A stretch of 64,000 bases of DNA, taken from Pavona decussata. Its lineage: Eukaryota. This document shows positions 62,777 to 64,000 of this stretch, in pieces; within the stretch, counting starts at the first letter, position 1; the number at the start of each line of letters is the position of its first letter. Where the stretch lies: the NCBI GenBank assembly GCA_977016875.1, contig CDRNST010000213.1:310001-374000 (forward strand), written 5' to 3'. The notes below the pieces were generated by a model. It was not told the DNA's origin. It searched no databases and saw only the letters and a list, made by a program, of their open reading frames with translations. Position numbers and translations under genes: made by a program.

Positions 62777-64000
62777 ATTAACAGCTATACTCGATTGAAT
62801 ACTGAAACAAAATAAACAGACACTTTAAAAAATACTGCGAACGAAGAAACAAACAACATATTGCTTAACTTTCAATACTTGGCGAAAGCTCCGAAAATAC
62901 CAAATCCTTTCACACTGCGATGTTTCTGTAAGACGGCTGGAGGCTTCTATTTTACCAACATTTCACATTTCTCGTCTAAATTTTTGATATCGAGTATTCA
63001 AACGACGACATCGTTTTCTTGTATTGTTCAATCAGCCCAAAGCATTCTATAAGTCAACAAGGAATACAAAACAGTAGTATAAAATTTACATATCAGGTCG
63101 ATCCACCTGCTCATAGATTGTTTATAATTGCGGAGTGACGTCTTTTAAAAGAGCAAATTAACGAACAAAACGCGCAGCACTTCTTTGCCCGGAAATTTTA
63201 ATACTAATTTGTCAGTTCTCCGCATTTTTTGAAACTTATTTAGTAATATCGTCCGTATTGTTTTATCGCTTAAAAGTCACTCAATAAATATAAGCTTAAT
63301 TCAGGTATATCAAATAAATTACCAAGAAAAGTAAGGAGCGCTGAAAATTAAAACGTCAACAGACCTGAAAGCCAACAAAATCGATTGAAATTCGGTTGAG
63401 CTTTCGAGGTGTTTATGAGGTGTGCGGCGATAAAAATACAACAACCATACAGCGTTTGTCGCTTGAAAGTAGAAAAAAACTCGCTAACGGTTGTGCTTTT
63501 TCGAACATTTCGGTGTCACATTTGTTCGAACCGCAGAAATGATTAGTCGTTTAAGCCGAGAAAATACTTTCATTTACCTTTCATATTCGTTGCATACGCC
63601 GGCAGTTAGCCTAAGTTAACACCTACCAAACATATTAGTTATGTACCACAGCTGCTCGGAAGAAATTTCCCTAAACGTCCGCACCAGAAAACGTTCTCAG
63701 TTCTTTGAAAAATTTGCTCAATAAGGCTGTTTATGGCTACTGTCACTTTTATGTCAACGTCATTCATCGCGTGCGCGCCAAAACCAACAACCTATCACAT
63801 AGCGCCATGTCAGTCCGTGTAAGACCACGAAGAGTAGATCACGAAATACATGTGGTCACTTTGCAGTGGTTGGTTATTTCTTTCAACTATTGTTGTCGGC
63901 TCAATTTATGCTCTTATATATCGACAATGACTGGAAGGAGACAAAGAGCATATTTGCAAAAAAGTTTTCGTGCTCATCGAAACAACCAAAGACAAAGCTT

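Overview
Eukaryotic, AT-rich, intron-containing animal DNA, probably an anthozoan cnidarian such as a stony coral (inferred from the repeat families, not proven). I could build four genes by hand from splice sites and intron phases. (1) The 3' part of a very acidic, Glu-rich tandem-repeat protein (+, open from the window start to 2824), followed by a ~335-bp dimeric satellite. (2) A short IRF transcription factor, 'IRF-A' (-, 4 coding exons, 19272->14611, 241 aa), with a PLDLS (CtBP-type) motif on a 41-nt microexon. (3) An IRF1/IRF2-like factor, 'IRF-B' (-, 8 coding exons, 36214->26103, 355 aa), with a bipartite NLS, a DHDY motif and an IKQEPLSP SUMO motif. (4) A TASOR/TEX15-family protein (-, 9 coding exons, 62776->44657, ~2398 aa) with a DUF3715 pseudo-PARP domain, a SPOC-like domain and a 6-kb disordered last exon. 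Both IRF promoters carry compact GAS + kappaB + ISRE-like modules resembling the vertebrate IRF1 promoter. Mobile DNA comprises three stacked CRE-clade RLE-LINE 3' ends inside a (TTA)n tract, a decayed R4/Dong-like LINE, four Penelope-like inverted footprints with hammerhead cores (all intronic), and several MITEs. The leading hypothesis is an IRF/IRF/TASOR (HUSH-like) immune-silencing neighbourhood in an animal without interferons. All exon models are predictions without transcript data.
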